Source: Peribolospora baueri (Eukaryota). From it: a stretch of DNA of 64,000 nucleotides. The position numbers and the translations under genes were made by a program. The stretch is taken from NCBI GenBank assembly GCA_029717555.1, contig JAMDHS010000063.1:1-64000 (forward strand), written 5' to 3'. Under the pieces are notes generated by a model, which was given only the letters and a program-made list of their open reading frames with translations, had not been told where the DNA came from and did no database searches. How positions within the stretch are numbered: the stretch's first letter is position 1; the number at the start of each line of letters is the position of its first letter. Below are positions 23,967 to 37,505 of the stretch, piece after piece.

Positions 23967-24393
23967 GCGATTGCCCTAGTTCATGTCATGTACCCCATGT
24001 CCCCCCGGCCCGGCTCTCCTCGACGGGCACCGCGCGGCGCGGCAGACGCACGCGGGAGGAGAGTTCGTGGCCCCCATGTTCATTACATAGCAACAAAATC
24101 TATGGCCTGCCTTTATTCTCTCTTCGCTGCGAATTGCATGAGCGTAATGCGTGATGTTCGATGGTGACTTGTCAAAGCCAACTGACGAAACGATGCGAGC
24201 GGATATGGTTTGGCGTTGACAGACAGTTGGGCGCTGAGGCGTGGGAACCGACAGCGACGTGAACCACTGCGGAATGCGGCCAACGAAGCCGCACGATCAC
24301 GACCTGGGCGAAGGCGGACCTTGTCGTCGTCACTAGCGCTTGAACGCCCCCTTCGCTCCCTTTCTTTCCTCACTCTTTCGCTCCCTCGACATC

Positions 24394-25814
24394 ATGTCGC
24401 TCCCCAACTTTGGCGAAGATTCCTCCGCCGACCCTACGTCCGACTTCCTCGCCCGCGAACGCGCGGCGCTCGGCGCGGACGCCAACCTCTTCTCGTCGGG
24501 CGACGGCGCGCTCATGGACGACAAGGACTTTGAGCGCTCCGCCTCCAACTTTCCCGCCCTGGATGGGGAAGATGACGGCGGTGCTGCGCTCGCCGCGGCC
24601 GCCGTCCCCGTGTCCGTGGCCTCTCCTACCAGCCCCGGTGACGCGACCGCCGGCGGTGGCTCCCTCTTGGACCTGGACGCCCTTGGCGGAAGGGACGAGC
24701 CATTGACGGGCCAGAGGACGGGCGCGGCGCCCAACGTGAGCGTCACCGCCAACGACGAAATCTCGTCCTTTGAGCAGGAGTACCCCGCCATTGAGGAGCC
24801 TTTGGTGGAGACGGAGGGGAGCGTGCAGCAGGTGAGACGTTCGGGTCCGGGTCCGGGCTTCGTCGCGGCCTGCGTTCTTTGGGCGGCCGACCGTGCCAGA
24901 GGCTATCATCGTCTTGCTCACGTCTCTCTTTCTCTCTCTCTCTTTCTCCCTTCCTCTACGTCTCCTTTCGCCCATTGCCCGCCTTACACCAGAACGGTTT
25001 CATTCCGCCTCCTGCCGCCCCCTATTCCCAGTCGGCGACGCCGTACACCGGCGCGTACATGTCCGCCGGCGAGGAGGAGACCGAGGCTGAGCCGATCAGG
25101 TATGTCCTCTTTGATCCGCCCCGTCCTTTTTATTCTCCCTGCGCCCGTCGTCGATTTCTTCGACGCTGATCCAAACTCTTTGATCCCGACATGCCACATT
25201 TCGAAAAACTCTCTCTTTGCGCCCGTCGTAGGGAATGGCGTGAGAGGCAGAAGGAGGAGATCCGCCGTCGCGACGAGGAGTCGGAGCGGAAGAAGGAGGA
25301 GTCGATCCACAAGGCCGAGAAGGACATTGACGAGTTCTATGCCGAATATAACGCCAAGAAGGAGAAAAACATTGCTGCTAACAAGTGGGTGTCGACGACG
25401 GTCGTAGTGTCATCCCGTTGCCGTCGTTTCCCCGAGACCTATTTCGACGGTCATGCTCTAGGCGCCTCTGCGGGCTGCGATCGGGGAACGGCGGCTGGCT
25501 CGCTCTCGGCCGTGCCCGCGGCCACGCGTATTTAACATGGATGATATTGACTCTTGCTCCTCGTTCATTTGTCCATTTTCACTCCCACGTCCGTCATCAG
25601 GGAGGAGGAAACGCGCTTCCTGGCGGAGGCCCAGAGCGAGCTGGCTAGCGGCACGACGTGGTCCCGAGTGTCAAAGCTGATCGACCTGCAAAACTCGCAA
25701 TCGAAGACGAATGCGCGGACGGGGCCTGGCGCCAAGGACTTGAGCAGGATGAAAGAGATCCTTCTGTCTCTGAGGCGGGAAGGCGAGACCGCGCCTGGTG
25801 CGGCGGGCTACTGA
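24394..25814 (+). CDS. CLC1: Clathrin light chain
   Basis: [16 protein letters not shown]-terminus; [27 protein letters not shown]...[22 protein letters not shown]...[25 protein letters not shown]; three canonical introns. Confidence 0.95.
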
Positions 25815-26085
25815 GCATATCGTTCGTTTTTCTCGCCGCGTCGATCGGCGTGGCACTTGGGCCCCTCAAGTCAGTGGGCGGATGGACGGAGAGGAGTGGG
25901 ACGGTCGTAGAGGATGCGAAGTTGGGCGTCGCATGATATCACTCCTCGATTTCTTCTTTTTTTTTTTCGTGAACCTTTGTATATGATTTCTTCTGATCCC
26001 CTGAGTGTGCGGCCCAGTTTGCACACCTGTCGGACGCACGGCAGATGATCTTGTGGACGCTTGACTCCGAAGAGCATAATGTCAT

Positions 26086-27755
26086 TCAGCTAGCCCCCTC
26101 CTTCGCCGGCCCTTCTGACTGTTCTACTCTTCGAGACCTGCTCGCTCTTGTCGGCCTCCCAGAATGCGACTGAGACGGCGAGCTTTCAGTGTCTCGCCGC
26201 TCCTCGTCAGACTTCGTCCCTCGGACCAGCCCGCGCTCCAGACGCTCCTCACTTGGGGATGTGCTCCTTTCGCCAAGTTCCGCAGGGGCGTCCTCCGGCA
26301 TGTCTTCCTCGTCGAACTCGTCCTTCACGCCCTCCGTTTCCTCTCCGTCCTCCGTCTTCGCTTCCTCTCCGTCCTTCATCTCCGCCTTCGCCCCCACCCT
26401 CCTCAAACCCAAGACGGTCGCGCACTCCACCCTCCCTCGCTTTCCCCACTCTCCGGCCGTCTCCGGCCTGAACTCACAATAGAGCCCGTACCCTGTGCGG
26501 TTGAGTTCTTCTACGTCCTCGTATGAGTTGGCAAGTAGCGTCAGCGCTCCCATGAGAGAAGGGAGGGTTTGGGCGAGGGAGCGTCGGAGGTAGGCGAATG
26601 CCTGCAGCGAGCGAAGCGGAAGAACGAGGCGCCGAGGAGGCGCACGTCAGCGTAGTGTCGTCGCAGACCGAGACCGCCGAGGCGGTTTGGGGCTGGAAGG
26701 ACTCGCCTTCGAGGGTTCCACGACCGAACCTTTTGACAATCCTCGCCATTCATCGTTTTGCATCTTCATCACCGGAACCTGCGAAGCGGTGGCGACGTAT
26801 GAAACGTCTGTGTCTGCGAGGTGTTCGAGTCGTGGCGACTCGCAGCTGCCAGAAAATCGAAGCTCACCCTGACCCCCATAAGGTCTATGTGCGGCTGATT
26901 CGGTCCACCTCTGGTTTCTTCTCGCTTGGAGGCGTCAAAAACACCGATCGAGACGCCCCTCGATACAGCGTTCATGCTCGTATATGTTTGGGCTACGCGT
27001 TCCAAAACCAGCGCGACCCATCAGCGCTCGAAAGAGCAGCAATAGAAGTCTCGATAGAAGAACGAACCGACGACGTCGATCGTCGGTGCAGTACTCACCC
27101 AAGCTCAACGCCTCTGATCGACTGAACCCCAACCGTTCTGCCACGACGCATGCCCAAGCCGTCATGACTGGTGCTCGATTGATGACAGTGTAGCGAGTCT
27201 TGAGTGCGTCCTCGTCTAGTATCTCTTCGAAGTTGAAGTCCATCTGTTCTTCCATCGGCTTCTTGCGACGAGACGGTCCGGAGGCGGATGAAGCAGATGG
27301 GTCGTCGATGGTGAAGTCCATGTCGGCGGCGTATCGGGGGCGCTTGGGGGCCTTATGAAGCGGTATTGAGTAAGACACGGATGGAAGACAAGCATTAGTG
27401 GACCGACAAGCTCGGATCATGTCATATCTTTTCTCTCCCTTACCCTTTTGCCCTTCCCACTAAAGGCAGAGACCACCTTCTTCCTCGTCTCCTCGGGCTC
27501 CACGCCTAGGTCTTCCAGCTGAAATAAACTGAGCCCCGCCAGCTTGGCCGGTGAATCGAAACCGGCCTTGAGCAGCTTTCCTGCCACCGCCATGGCCTCG
27601 GACATGGGCAGGCCCCCGGCGACAGAGAGCTGCTTGAGCAGATCGGGCAGAGGCACCTTGGCGTCCGAAAGATGCGGCGCAGGCGTCGAGCTTGCGGACG
27701 CTGTAGGCGCCGCTCTCTTTCGAGCACTCCTGGGCGTGGACGACTTTGGCGGCAT
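26086..27755 (-). CDS. Uncharacterised protein (INRAPVMTAW...AERLGF...LYCEFRPE..GEWG), probably a conserved fungal family, 5 exons
   Basis: Consistent spliced frame from MPPKSSTPRS to the stop at 26086; uses one AAG acceptor and one GC-AG intron (26602-26706). Confidence 0.8.
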
Positions 27756-27984
27756 GCTCGGCGACGTTGATATGATAAGCCTTCTTCGACGACGCTCCGA
27801 CACCACTGGCCACATCTGGCCGAACATAACCTTGCTTACTTAACATCGCCCGAAAGCTGTTGCCGCAGTATTCCCTTACTGCGGCTCTCTCGCCCTCCCA
27901 AAAGAGATTTTGGCTCCTCGCACGGACTGGAAGGATCACCCTTCATATCGCCAGATCGCACCAGCCAAATTTAGCCATTTGAAC

Positions 27985-30900
27985 ATGGCCAAGGGTTCCC
28001 AACTGGCGCAGCTCAAGTCGGCGCTGCGCACTTCTGGCGTAGGCGACCGCAGGCAACAGGGCAAGAACGCGAAGAAAACGCATAAGAGCAGGGCTGAGGA
28101 CCCGACGGTCCGCAAGGCCAAGCTCGATCGCATCAGGGAGCAGTTCAACGTCTTCGATACCAAGGTCACCAAGGTTAAACATGATGTGCCTGGGAGAAAG
28201 CTCAAAGGCGTTACTGGAAAGCCCGGTAAGAGCAGACAGGCTGGGTTGGAAGAGGTGAGTGAGGACGGCCTTTCCTGCTGCTCCTAAGTGCTCGGAAGAG
28301 ACAATGCTGGTCACTGGGCCGGAAGTGTCGCCGCCACTTCCTTACACGGACGTGACTTCGCGTTCACGTTTCTGATGCTGTAATATTCCCTCATTCTTGC
28401 ATTTTTTATTTCACAGCGGCGAAAGACGCTTCTTCCCGAGTACGAGTCGCGAAATCGGGCTGGGGCCTTCGTGGACCGTCGTTTCGGCGAGAACGACCCC
28501 AACATGACGCCAGAGGAGAAGATGCTGCAGAGATTCACTACCGAACGTCAGCGGAGGTCTAAGGGTTCTATGTTCAACTTGGATGACGACGCCGGTCCTG
28601 ATGGTTTGACACACTACGGTCAGAGCTTGTCTGGGTTGGACGATTTCGACGATGCTGGTCTGGGCGTGAGCGATGAGGAAGAGCCGACCAAGGGTGAGCC
28701 GCCGCTTGTGGCATGTTTTTCCAAGTCTTGGGGCCTCTTTTGACATCTTATTTCTCTCGTATCGTTACTTTGCAGGCGCTATCGATCGAAGGACTGTGCA
28801 GAAGTCTCACTTCGGGGGTTTTGACGACGAGGAAGAAGAGGAGGTGAGCTGCAGACGCCTCCCCTAGGGTCTGCGCAAAGTCTTTCGAGTCCAGTCTCTC
28901 ATTTCAGACGTACCACGCGCTTTGCTCAACTGCAGCCTCGCAAGAAAAGCAAGGCGGACGTCATGGCTGAAGTCATGGCTAAGAGCAAGATGCATAAGGC
29001 GATGCGACAGGACGCGAAGGAGGCCGATGAGGACATGCGCATGGAGCTCGACGATCAGCTCGACGATATTCGAAGTCTGCTCTTATCGGCACCACCACGC
29101 ACTGTAGCCACGTCGTCCAATGACGGTCGCGGACCTTCGAAGGACGAACGAACAACGGACGAGACTGCTCCTAGCACCTCTGCTAAGCCAGCACCAACGT
29201 TCACGGAAAAGCCTGACGACAACTACGACCAGTTCGTGCGCGAGCTTGTCTATGACCGACGGGCAAAGCCTACGGATCGTCTGAAGACAGAGGAGGAGAT
29301 CGCGTTGGAAGAAAAGGAGAAGCTCGAGAAGGCCGAGAAAGCACGGCTCCGTCGGATGAAAGGAGAGGAGGTGGATAGCGATGACGACGATAATTCGGGG
29401 AGGAGGAGCAAGAAGCGCAAGGGCGCGCCTTCAGGGGACGATCTCGACGACGATTTCGATTTGGAGGACAGTGGGCCAGCACAAGGTGTGTACGGGCTCG
29501 GCGCGGGGCTGAAGGCGGAGGACGAGGAAGGGTCAGATGAAGAGGGAGAAGGTGACCGTAGCGATGAGGAGGAGGAGAAGGGAGAAGAGGGATCGGAGGG
29601 GGAGAGCGGATCAGACGACGAAGATGACTTCGCGGACATCGTGGATAACGACGCCGAAGACGATTCGGAAGGGGAGGGCAGTGAACTCGTCGCCACACGT
29701 CCTGCCGCTTCCTCAAGTAAAGCGAAAGGCAAAGCTCGTGCGAAGGAGAACGACGAAGCTATCTCCACTCTTCCATTCACCTTCCCATGCCCCGCATCTC
29801 ACGACGAGTTCCTCGAGATCCTTGAGAACGTAAGCGACAAGGACGTGCCGACGGTCGTCCAGAGGATCCGCGTGCTGCACCATCCGAAGCTCGCCGAGGA
29901 CAACAAGTTCAAGTTACAGGTCAGCCTCTCCATCATTCGCCGTCTGCGAGCGTTTCCCCATATTCTGACGTTTCTTTTTGTGTCTTCGCACAGGCCTTCG
30001 TCGGCATCCTGGTCGATCACGTTCTCCATGTCACTAGTTCGTCTCCACCCGCCTTTGATGTCGTCGACGCCCTCCTCCCGCACATCTTCGCCCTCACACA
30101 GACATACCCGCTCGCTTCTTCGAAGCACTTCGTATCAAAGCTCTCCCTCATGCATCGCAACCTCACGCGCGGCCTCAGTCGTGGTCCGCTCCGCCAGGAA
30201 GCCAGGACGTGGCCAGGCTCACCGGAGCTGAGCTTGCTTCGAGTGATCGGACTGGTGTGGTCCACGTCCGACTTTTCTCATCCAGTGGTCGCGCCAGCCG
30301 AGCTGCTCATGGGACAGTACCTCGCTCAAGCAAGGATCAGGGGTCTTAAGGACCTCGCTTCTGGCCTATTTCTCTGTACCTTGATCCTTCAGGTACGTAT
30401 ACGTGCCCGCTGTCCTGACGTCTTCACTCGCGCTGATTCTTACCCTTCCTTCGCCCACGCAGTATGAAGCTTTATCCAAACGCGTTGTTCCGGAAGGGCT
30501 CAACTTCCTTTGCAACGCCCTGCTTATCCTCGCTCCCATGTCGACCAAGAAGGTCTCGGACTTGCCCGGTTCCTTCCCGGCTCCGGACGTCAACGGCGAC
30601 CATACGCGTCATCTGAAGCTCAAGAGCCAGCCTGCGTCGTCGTTGCACATCCAGAGTCCAGACCTGTCCTCATTGTTGGCTCTGGACGAGGAGGAAGGTA
30701 CAGAAGCGGTGGAGCGTGCCAAGGTGAACCTGTTGGCCACCACATTCGATTTGGTTGGACGCTTCGCGCAGCTCTACTCCGGCGTGGACGGCTTCTTGGA
30801 GATGGTGCAGCCCTTCCATGATATCCTTGTCGGATGCGTCAAAGCGTCAAAACTGCCCGAACCGCTTCAGGTCAGTTCCGTCGCGTTCCTCCTTGGCTCT

Positions 30901-31376
30901 CGTCGAAAGGCACTTGCTTGTAATATCCCGCTGACGGACCTCAACCATCACGCACCGTGCCCATCTTGCAGAAGAAGCACACGGACCTTACGGCGGCGCT
31001 CACGCGACAGATCAAGTTTGCCGAGCAAGCGCGCCGTGCGCTCCAGCTGCAGTCGCACAAGCCGATTGCCATCGCGTCGCACGTCCCCAAGTTCGAGGAA
31101 GGCTACGCGCCCGGCCGACGATTCGACCCGGATGTGGAGAGGGCGGAGAGCAACAAGCTGCGTGCGCTGGTGAAGAAGGAGCGCAAGGGGGCGATCCGGG
31201 AACTGCGCAAGGACGCGCGTTTCCTTAACGAGGAGAAGGCGAGAAGGGTGGCGGAGAAGGAGGAGGGCTACAAGAGGAAGATGAACAAGGTGATGAGCGA
31301 GCTGCAGGTCGAGAGGAGCGAGCAGAAGCAGCTTGAGAGGCAGAAGAAAGCTGCCAAGAGGAGGGCGGGGAAGTGA
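27985..31376 (+). CDS. NOP14: Nucleolar SSU processome protein Nop14
   Basis: [123 protein letters not shown]. Confidence 0.95.
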
Positions 31377-31662
31377 GCGCGAGCGGATGCCGAGGCGAAA
31401 GAGGAGGAAGATGGGACTTGGCAGGCCCGTTGTATGTTTTCGGAGGGATTCCAGGACGTTTTTCCGTCGAACGAGAAATGTCATCGTATTCAAAACTACA
31501 GGACAGCATGCTGGGACGAAAAAGAGACAGGAATGGACCACCACAAACAACGCGGGCTGAACCCCGTTCACATGGGCCGGCTCCACAGTAAACCAAGACG
31601 GACGAACAAACACTACGCCTACGCTCGCACACTAAAGTTTTGCCCGATGACTCCATGACACT

Positions 31663-31684
31663 CCCCCCCCCCCCCCCCCCCCCC
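31663..31684. repeat. Poly-C tract (22 nt) between the convergent NOP14 and SWIB genes
   Basis: Homopolymer run. Confidence 0.9.
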
Positions 31685-31881
31685 AACCCAACCCCCCATT
31701 TCGACACAGGGACGTCGTCATACCATCGTCCCTACCCGTTCGCAACGACAACGACGACACCCCTCAGCGCCCACACCAACTTCGACCAGCTCTGTTCCGT
31801 TTGACCGGACGGGAAGCGAGTTGGGCGACACGCGATCGGCCTGGACGGTACTGTGCGTGCGCGGGATAGAGCTGGGACGGA

Positions 31882-33487
31882 CTATGCGGTGCTGTCGATA
31901 AGATCTTCCTTTCGCTGTGGTCGAGAGGGGCGGCGAGGTGGGGTACACGAGGAACCAAGACGGGGCGAGAGCACGTCGGCCCAGGTCAGTCAATCAGTCC
32001 GTCCGTCGCTCGTTCACGAAGAATCGCAGGGAAGGATGGCAACGATGGAAGGGGTCTCACCTTCAGGTGGTTTTTCAGGTACTGTACCGTTTTGAGACGG
32101 TCGCAGCAGCGTCGAGGACCGAAAGGAGAACCGAAGCGAGAACAAAGTCGACGTTCAGGGATGCAGGCAGCGAGACACAGAGGGATTCGGTACGGTGCGT
32201 CAGAGAGATACTGGGTGGCATGCTTACCTTGTTCATTGAGAAGCAACTGCTCGAAGCCAAGAGCCGAAGCGAAGGGCAGGAATGGGGAAGAAGGATGGGC
32301 ACGGTGAGAAGACATTAAGCGGCACCGTTACAATCTCCAGGAACGATTCGAATTCGAAGCGCGGACTGGCTACGCGCAAGGCTACGTTGCCCACAGGTAC
32401 TCACGTCATTCGGGTCTGTCCGAACACTTCCTGGAACTTGTCGTCGCAGATGATCTGCAAGCAAGCCAGCGGGGCGCCCTCCGAGTTCAACAAAAGCGCT
32501 TCGGGCCCGGGGCGGAAATCGCTGAAGGGCGGCGGTCCCAAGCGGGAGGACGAATGGGTACTCACGTCCCTCTTATCCTGCAATTTGTGCGCTCGGATGT
32601 ACTCCCAAAGCTTCTTTACCACTTGCGGTCGCGGCAGCTGGTCAGATGGAGGCGAGCAGGAGGCGAACACCACGTACACAGAGACGAGAAGGGATTGGCA
32701 GCGGCGAGCCGGATGTCCTGGTTAGGTCCGAGCGTAAGCAATAAGGCCAGAGATCCGATAAGCTCACCTCCGTCTCTCCCAACAGCTCTGCCAGCTGAGG
32801 GCTGAGGACGAGTGGCCGATTGAAAGGGTTGTTTGGGTTGGGACCGCGCGCCTTCTTTTTCGCCGGTCGCGGTTCTCGTCCGTCCTCTCCTTCGCCGTCC
32901 TCCTCTGCCTCGCTGCCGCTAGAGTTGACCGTGGCGGCGCTGGCTTTCCTCTTCTTCAGCGACCCCTTGGCCTTGCCGCCGCTGGGCACCGCCTTCCTCC
33001 TGGTGCTACCGCCCTGACCGCCTCCTCGCGTCGAGGGACGGTTGAAGTCGGCCTGAAGCTGTCTGGCGAGCTCCTCATCGGTGATCGTGGCCGACTCGCC
33101 TCGGGACTTGCCCTTGGGCGACGGTTTGGTGGCGGAGGGAGCGGAGGAGGCGGTTGAGGTAGAGGCGGGGGACGCACTGGGGCGGTGGACGACGCCGGGG
33201 CCGGGGAGCGCCAGGCCGTTGCTCGTCGGCCTGTCCATCTGCGCCTCCTTAGTCGAGACGACCTTGGCCGACTCGTCGTCGTTCGCCTCTTCCTCGCCGT
33301 TCAAGTCGTCGAAACACTCACGAATCAGGTCGTCGATCGCCGCCTTGTTCGCCTTGACGTCGAGGGACGGGAAGCGGGAGGCGAGCTCGGCGCGGACGCG
33401 CTTGGCGGAGATGGAGGAGAGGTCGGAGAGGCGGAGGATGGAGATGATGGGCTCCCGGAGGGACGGGATGCTCGGAGGGGAGGCCAT
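31882..33487 (-). CDS. DEK_C + SWIB/MDM2 domain protein (Uaf30/Tri1/Spp27-like)
   Basis: DEK_C (IISILRLSDLSSISAKRVRAEL...KAAIDDLIRECF); SWIB split over exons (FNRPLVLSPQLAELLGETE/LPRPQVVKKLWEYIRAHKLQD/IICDDKFQEVFG/FSMNK/YLKNHLK); 19-nt (32228-32246) and 21-nt (32061-32081) exons; TAG at 31882-31884. Confidence 0.88.
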
Positions 33488-34564
33488 GGTGGGCGTGGGC
33501 GTCGTGGGGACGAGGACGAGGAGAAGGTACGAGGAAAGGAGAGGGCGGAAGACTGCCGGTCGGTGGATTGATCGATCGGAGTGGTGGGAGCAGCGGCGTC
33601 GTTCGTTCGTTGCCAGAGGTCGCCGGCGCAGGCAATCTATCAGACTTTACGCGTGCACGACACACCGCCCGCCAGGATACGGAGAACGGAGAACAGAGAG
33701 CGAGGCGAGGCGAGGCGAGGTGTAGTCGGCGAATGGTTTGCGGAACGGAGAAGAAAAGGCGGACGGTGGGCACCGAGCAGGGGGCTGGCCAAAGCGTCGT
33801 GAGACGGGGTGGGGTGCAAGGTGGATCTGGGGAAAGAGACAAGGAGCGATCGACGTTCCGTCCAGCTCGTCATTAGCATCGCCGAGTCGGGGAACGCTTC
33901 TTTCTTGGATCCTCCCACGCTCGTCCTCATAATAACTTATGAACCCCGTCATACGGCCAGCGATCCCACTCCTCCTCTACATCATCAAGGGCAAGGGTGG
34001 CCCTCGCCCATGTGGGGACCGTCGGCCGTCGCTGGCCAGCCGCAAACATCGGGAGCAGGAGGCTTGTCACGAAGAACGCTTTTCGGTGTCTGAGTGCCTG
34101 GAAGCAATGCAGAGAACAACGCATGCCGCCTCGTTCCATGCTCAACATTCTTAGAGATGTAATGTAGAACGAGGAACGAACGCAGGACACATGTGGAATC
34201 AAGGCGTCCCGCACATACGATAGATAGATAACACAGTGCAGAGCGAGCCAACAGTAGGTACGTCCTGTGCCATTCTGTTGTAACTACGAGAGGGTCCGTC
34301 GGGTAAAAAATTCAGACGAGAGCAAAGAACGGAGCAAACGAGTCCATCCGACAGAAATCTCCACGACCTCGCACAGACGTCGTCACTTCGGGAACTCGGC
34401 ATCGGAAGAGCCGGAACGAAGCAAGCAACCCGTCCCGCTCGTATAAAGTCTGACCCGCTCCCGCTCGTCCACCTCCATCAATTCGCATTTCACTCCCTCA
34501 TTGATCTACCTAGATTCCAAGGCTCACTGGATCGGACTGGGCATCGACATCCTTGATCACAAGC

Positions 34565-37505
34565 ATGCCCACTCGCGTCGCCCTCGTCGCCGCCCGCCTC
34601 GGCACCTTAGGCTCGGCAGCGGCAGCGCGGCGCATCCTCCTCCTCCCCTCCTCCTCCTCCGTCGCCCAACCCCGAACGGCCGGCCACCGTCGCTACGACC
34701 GCCGCCCATTCTCCGTCGCCGCTGCCCACCGCCAGGCTTCGGCCGCCCCCGCCAGCCCTGCAACGGCTTCCCGGCAGCCTGCTACGGACGGGCGCTCGAG
34801 CACGGGAGCGTCTCGTGCGAGCGGCAGCGGCAGCGCGAACAAGGCCAAGGCGCACCGATTAGGTGAGCAAGTGAGCGAGTGAGCGAGTGAAGGGAGGCAG
34901 TGAGTGGATGGATGAGCATGGCTTCCCACAGGGACCCCGAGCGGAGGACGAGGACGTTCCTCGTTCCACTTTCGCTACGACACCCCGTCCGAGACGCCTG
35001 CTCTCTCTCTCTCACGTCCTTCACAGCTGACTCTCAATCCGTTCTTGATCGCCGCCGCCCTCTCGGCCGTCTCTCCCTTTCTCTGCCCGCACTGCCTCTT
35101 CCATCTTCCCCAGAAGCAGGCCCGACAGCCCGCTACGATTACCTCGTCCAATCAGGCGTCCTCCGCGACGACGACTTCCAGCGCTCCATCGTAAAGATCC
35201 TTCAGCGCCTACACGACGAGCTGAGGACGTATGAGTCTCCGACGCTGGCGCCGGCGTTGAAGGAGGACGGGGCAGGTGGGGGATTTGTGAGTCGTTTTGC
35301 CCTTCGTCACCATCCTCTGCGAGGGAGGCCTATGTACCGTACAGCGCCCTCCTCCAGGCGCTAGGGCTTAACGTCCACCGTTCCTTGCCTTGGCCTCCCA
35401 GTGGGGCAAGCTCTTCGGTGGCGGCGCAAAGGAAGAGAAACAATCCCTAGAAGACGTTCCCAAAGGCCTCTATCTCTTCGGCGACGTTGGAACGGGAAAG
35501 AGGTGAGCCAACCCTGCCCATTCCATCCCGTCTTTGATCGTCTCTCCACTTTCTCGTGCCGAGTGGACAGCAGCTCACTCCTTGTCTGCGATGCTTTATC
35601 TTACACCCCACTCCGGGACTAAAAAGCATGCTCATGGACCTCTTCTACGATACCCTTCCCTCGCGCTTCTCCTCCGATCCCGCCTCCCTCCGTACTCCCA
35701 CCTCCCTGGCTAAACGAAGAGTGCACTTTCACGCGTTCATGATCGATGTCCACAAGCGCATGCATCGCATCAAGTCTCTCAACCCCTCCCTTCCGGACCC
35801 CATCGAACCGGTCGCACGGGAGCTTGCTATGGAGGCGAGAGTCCTTTGTTTCGACGAGTTTCAGGTGCGTTCGCGGAGGAGGCGCTGTGCAGTTTGCTCC
35901 CTCGCTCATCCAAGTACCGTGAATCTTTTTTTTCTCGCCGAATCAACAGGTGACCGACATCGCGGATGCGATGATCCTGAGGCAATTGCTGGGGAAGTTG
36001 ATCGAGAACGGCGTTGTGTTCGTTATGACTTCCAAGTGAGTCTCTTCTTCTCTTTCAGTCCGGTTCTTCTCTTTCAGTCCGGCTCGGTCCGGTTGGGACG
36101 GGCAGATTGGCGGTGCTAAACCATGACACTCGCCCTCCGCCTCTCAGCCGCCATCCGGATGACCTGTATAAGAACGGCATCCAGCGGTCCAGTTTCATTC
36201 CATGCATAGAGCTCATCAAGGAGCGTTTCCTTGTCACCGACCTCGATTCGAAGACGGGTGAGTGGACAAGCGTTCTGTCACTGTTCCTCTTCGCATCAAC
36301 CTTGCCTTGCGATTCAAACCGCATTGCCAAACTCACTTGCCTCGTATTTCGAAACTCGGCTCTTTCACCCCGCTTCCGCAGACTACCGTAAAATGCCGCG
36401 CGCCCTTTCCAAGGTCTACTTTTCCCCCTTGAACGACGACACGGAGCGCGAAGTGAACAAGATCTTCAAAGCGCTCACCGCTTCCGAGTCCGAAGAGCGC
36501 GTCGACCCGGTGGTGGAGAATCGCGAGCTAGACACTTGGGGCCGCACCTTGACCGTGCCCTTGAGTAACAGCAAAGTGGCCAAGTTCCGATTCGATCAGC
36601 TGTGTGGACAACCGACGAGCGCAGTGGATTTTATAGAGCTCACTAAGACGTATGGGACGATTTTCGTGACGGACGTGCCTAGGATGGGTTTGGATCAGAG
36701 GGAGTGGGTGAGTTTCCAAGTTTTAACTTTTTTTTTTGAGTCGGGAGCAATGCGGCCGTTTGTAGCGAAGGGGCAAGTGAGCTGTCCAGTCCATGCTTAC
36801 CGTCCGTGTTGTCTGTCCTTCTCATCTCCCTCAGGCTAGAAGGTTCATCACGTTCATTGATGGTACGCTGTGCTTCTTCGCTGGGCCAATCCCGCCGGTG
36901 GCGTCTTGATCATGCGGTTTCCACGTGTCCTGACCCGACTCGTCTCCATCTGTGCCCCTGCTCCCTTGCTCAGCGTGCTATGAGAGCAAGGTAAGATCCA
37001 TCTTCCATCCCGGCCGGCACGGATCCGTCGGCTGCACGGCCACTGACTGGCTCTGGCCTCCTTACCCATTTCCCCCGTTCATTTCTCTCTCATCGCGCAG
37101 ACCAAGCTCATCATCACCTCCGAGGTTCCAATCCTGCAAATATTCTCCGACGCTACTGGGCACGCGAACGCGGCCTCTGGGGGGGGAGAAGGTTACTCGG
37201 CCCACATGCGGTCGATGATGGACGATTTGGTGAGTGCCAGTGATGGGATGGTGGGATCGAGGACCGTCGATGAAGCGTGGCTTCTTATGGCTTCACGGCT
37301 ACTGACGACGTCACCGTCCATCCGCGCGCTTCGCTGTCCTCATCCCCCTTCCGCCCTCCCACTTTCTCAGGGTCTCTCCGCTGACGATCTCGGCGGCAAC
37401 CCCATCTTCACTGGCGACGAGGAGCTCTTCGCTTTCGCCCGCGTCATCAGCCGTCTGACGCAGATGGGCACCAGGGAGTGGGCGGAGACGGCGGGCAGAC
37501 AGTGA
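34565..37505 (+). CDS. AFG1: Mitochondrial AFG1/LACE1-like ATPase
   Basis: Arg/Ala-rich targeting-like N-terminus; [22 protein letters not shown] (Walker A), [26 protein letters not shown] (Walker B), [44 protein letters not shown]. Confidence 0.95.

Noticed and set aside
22773..33487. RPS11, NOP14 and the Uaf30-like gene as a ribosome-biogenesis cluster
   Set aside because: Interspersed with unrelated genes; such housekeeping genes are common enough for chance proximity.
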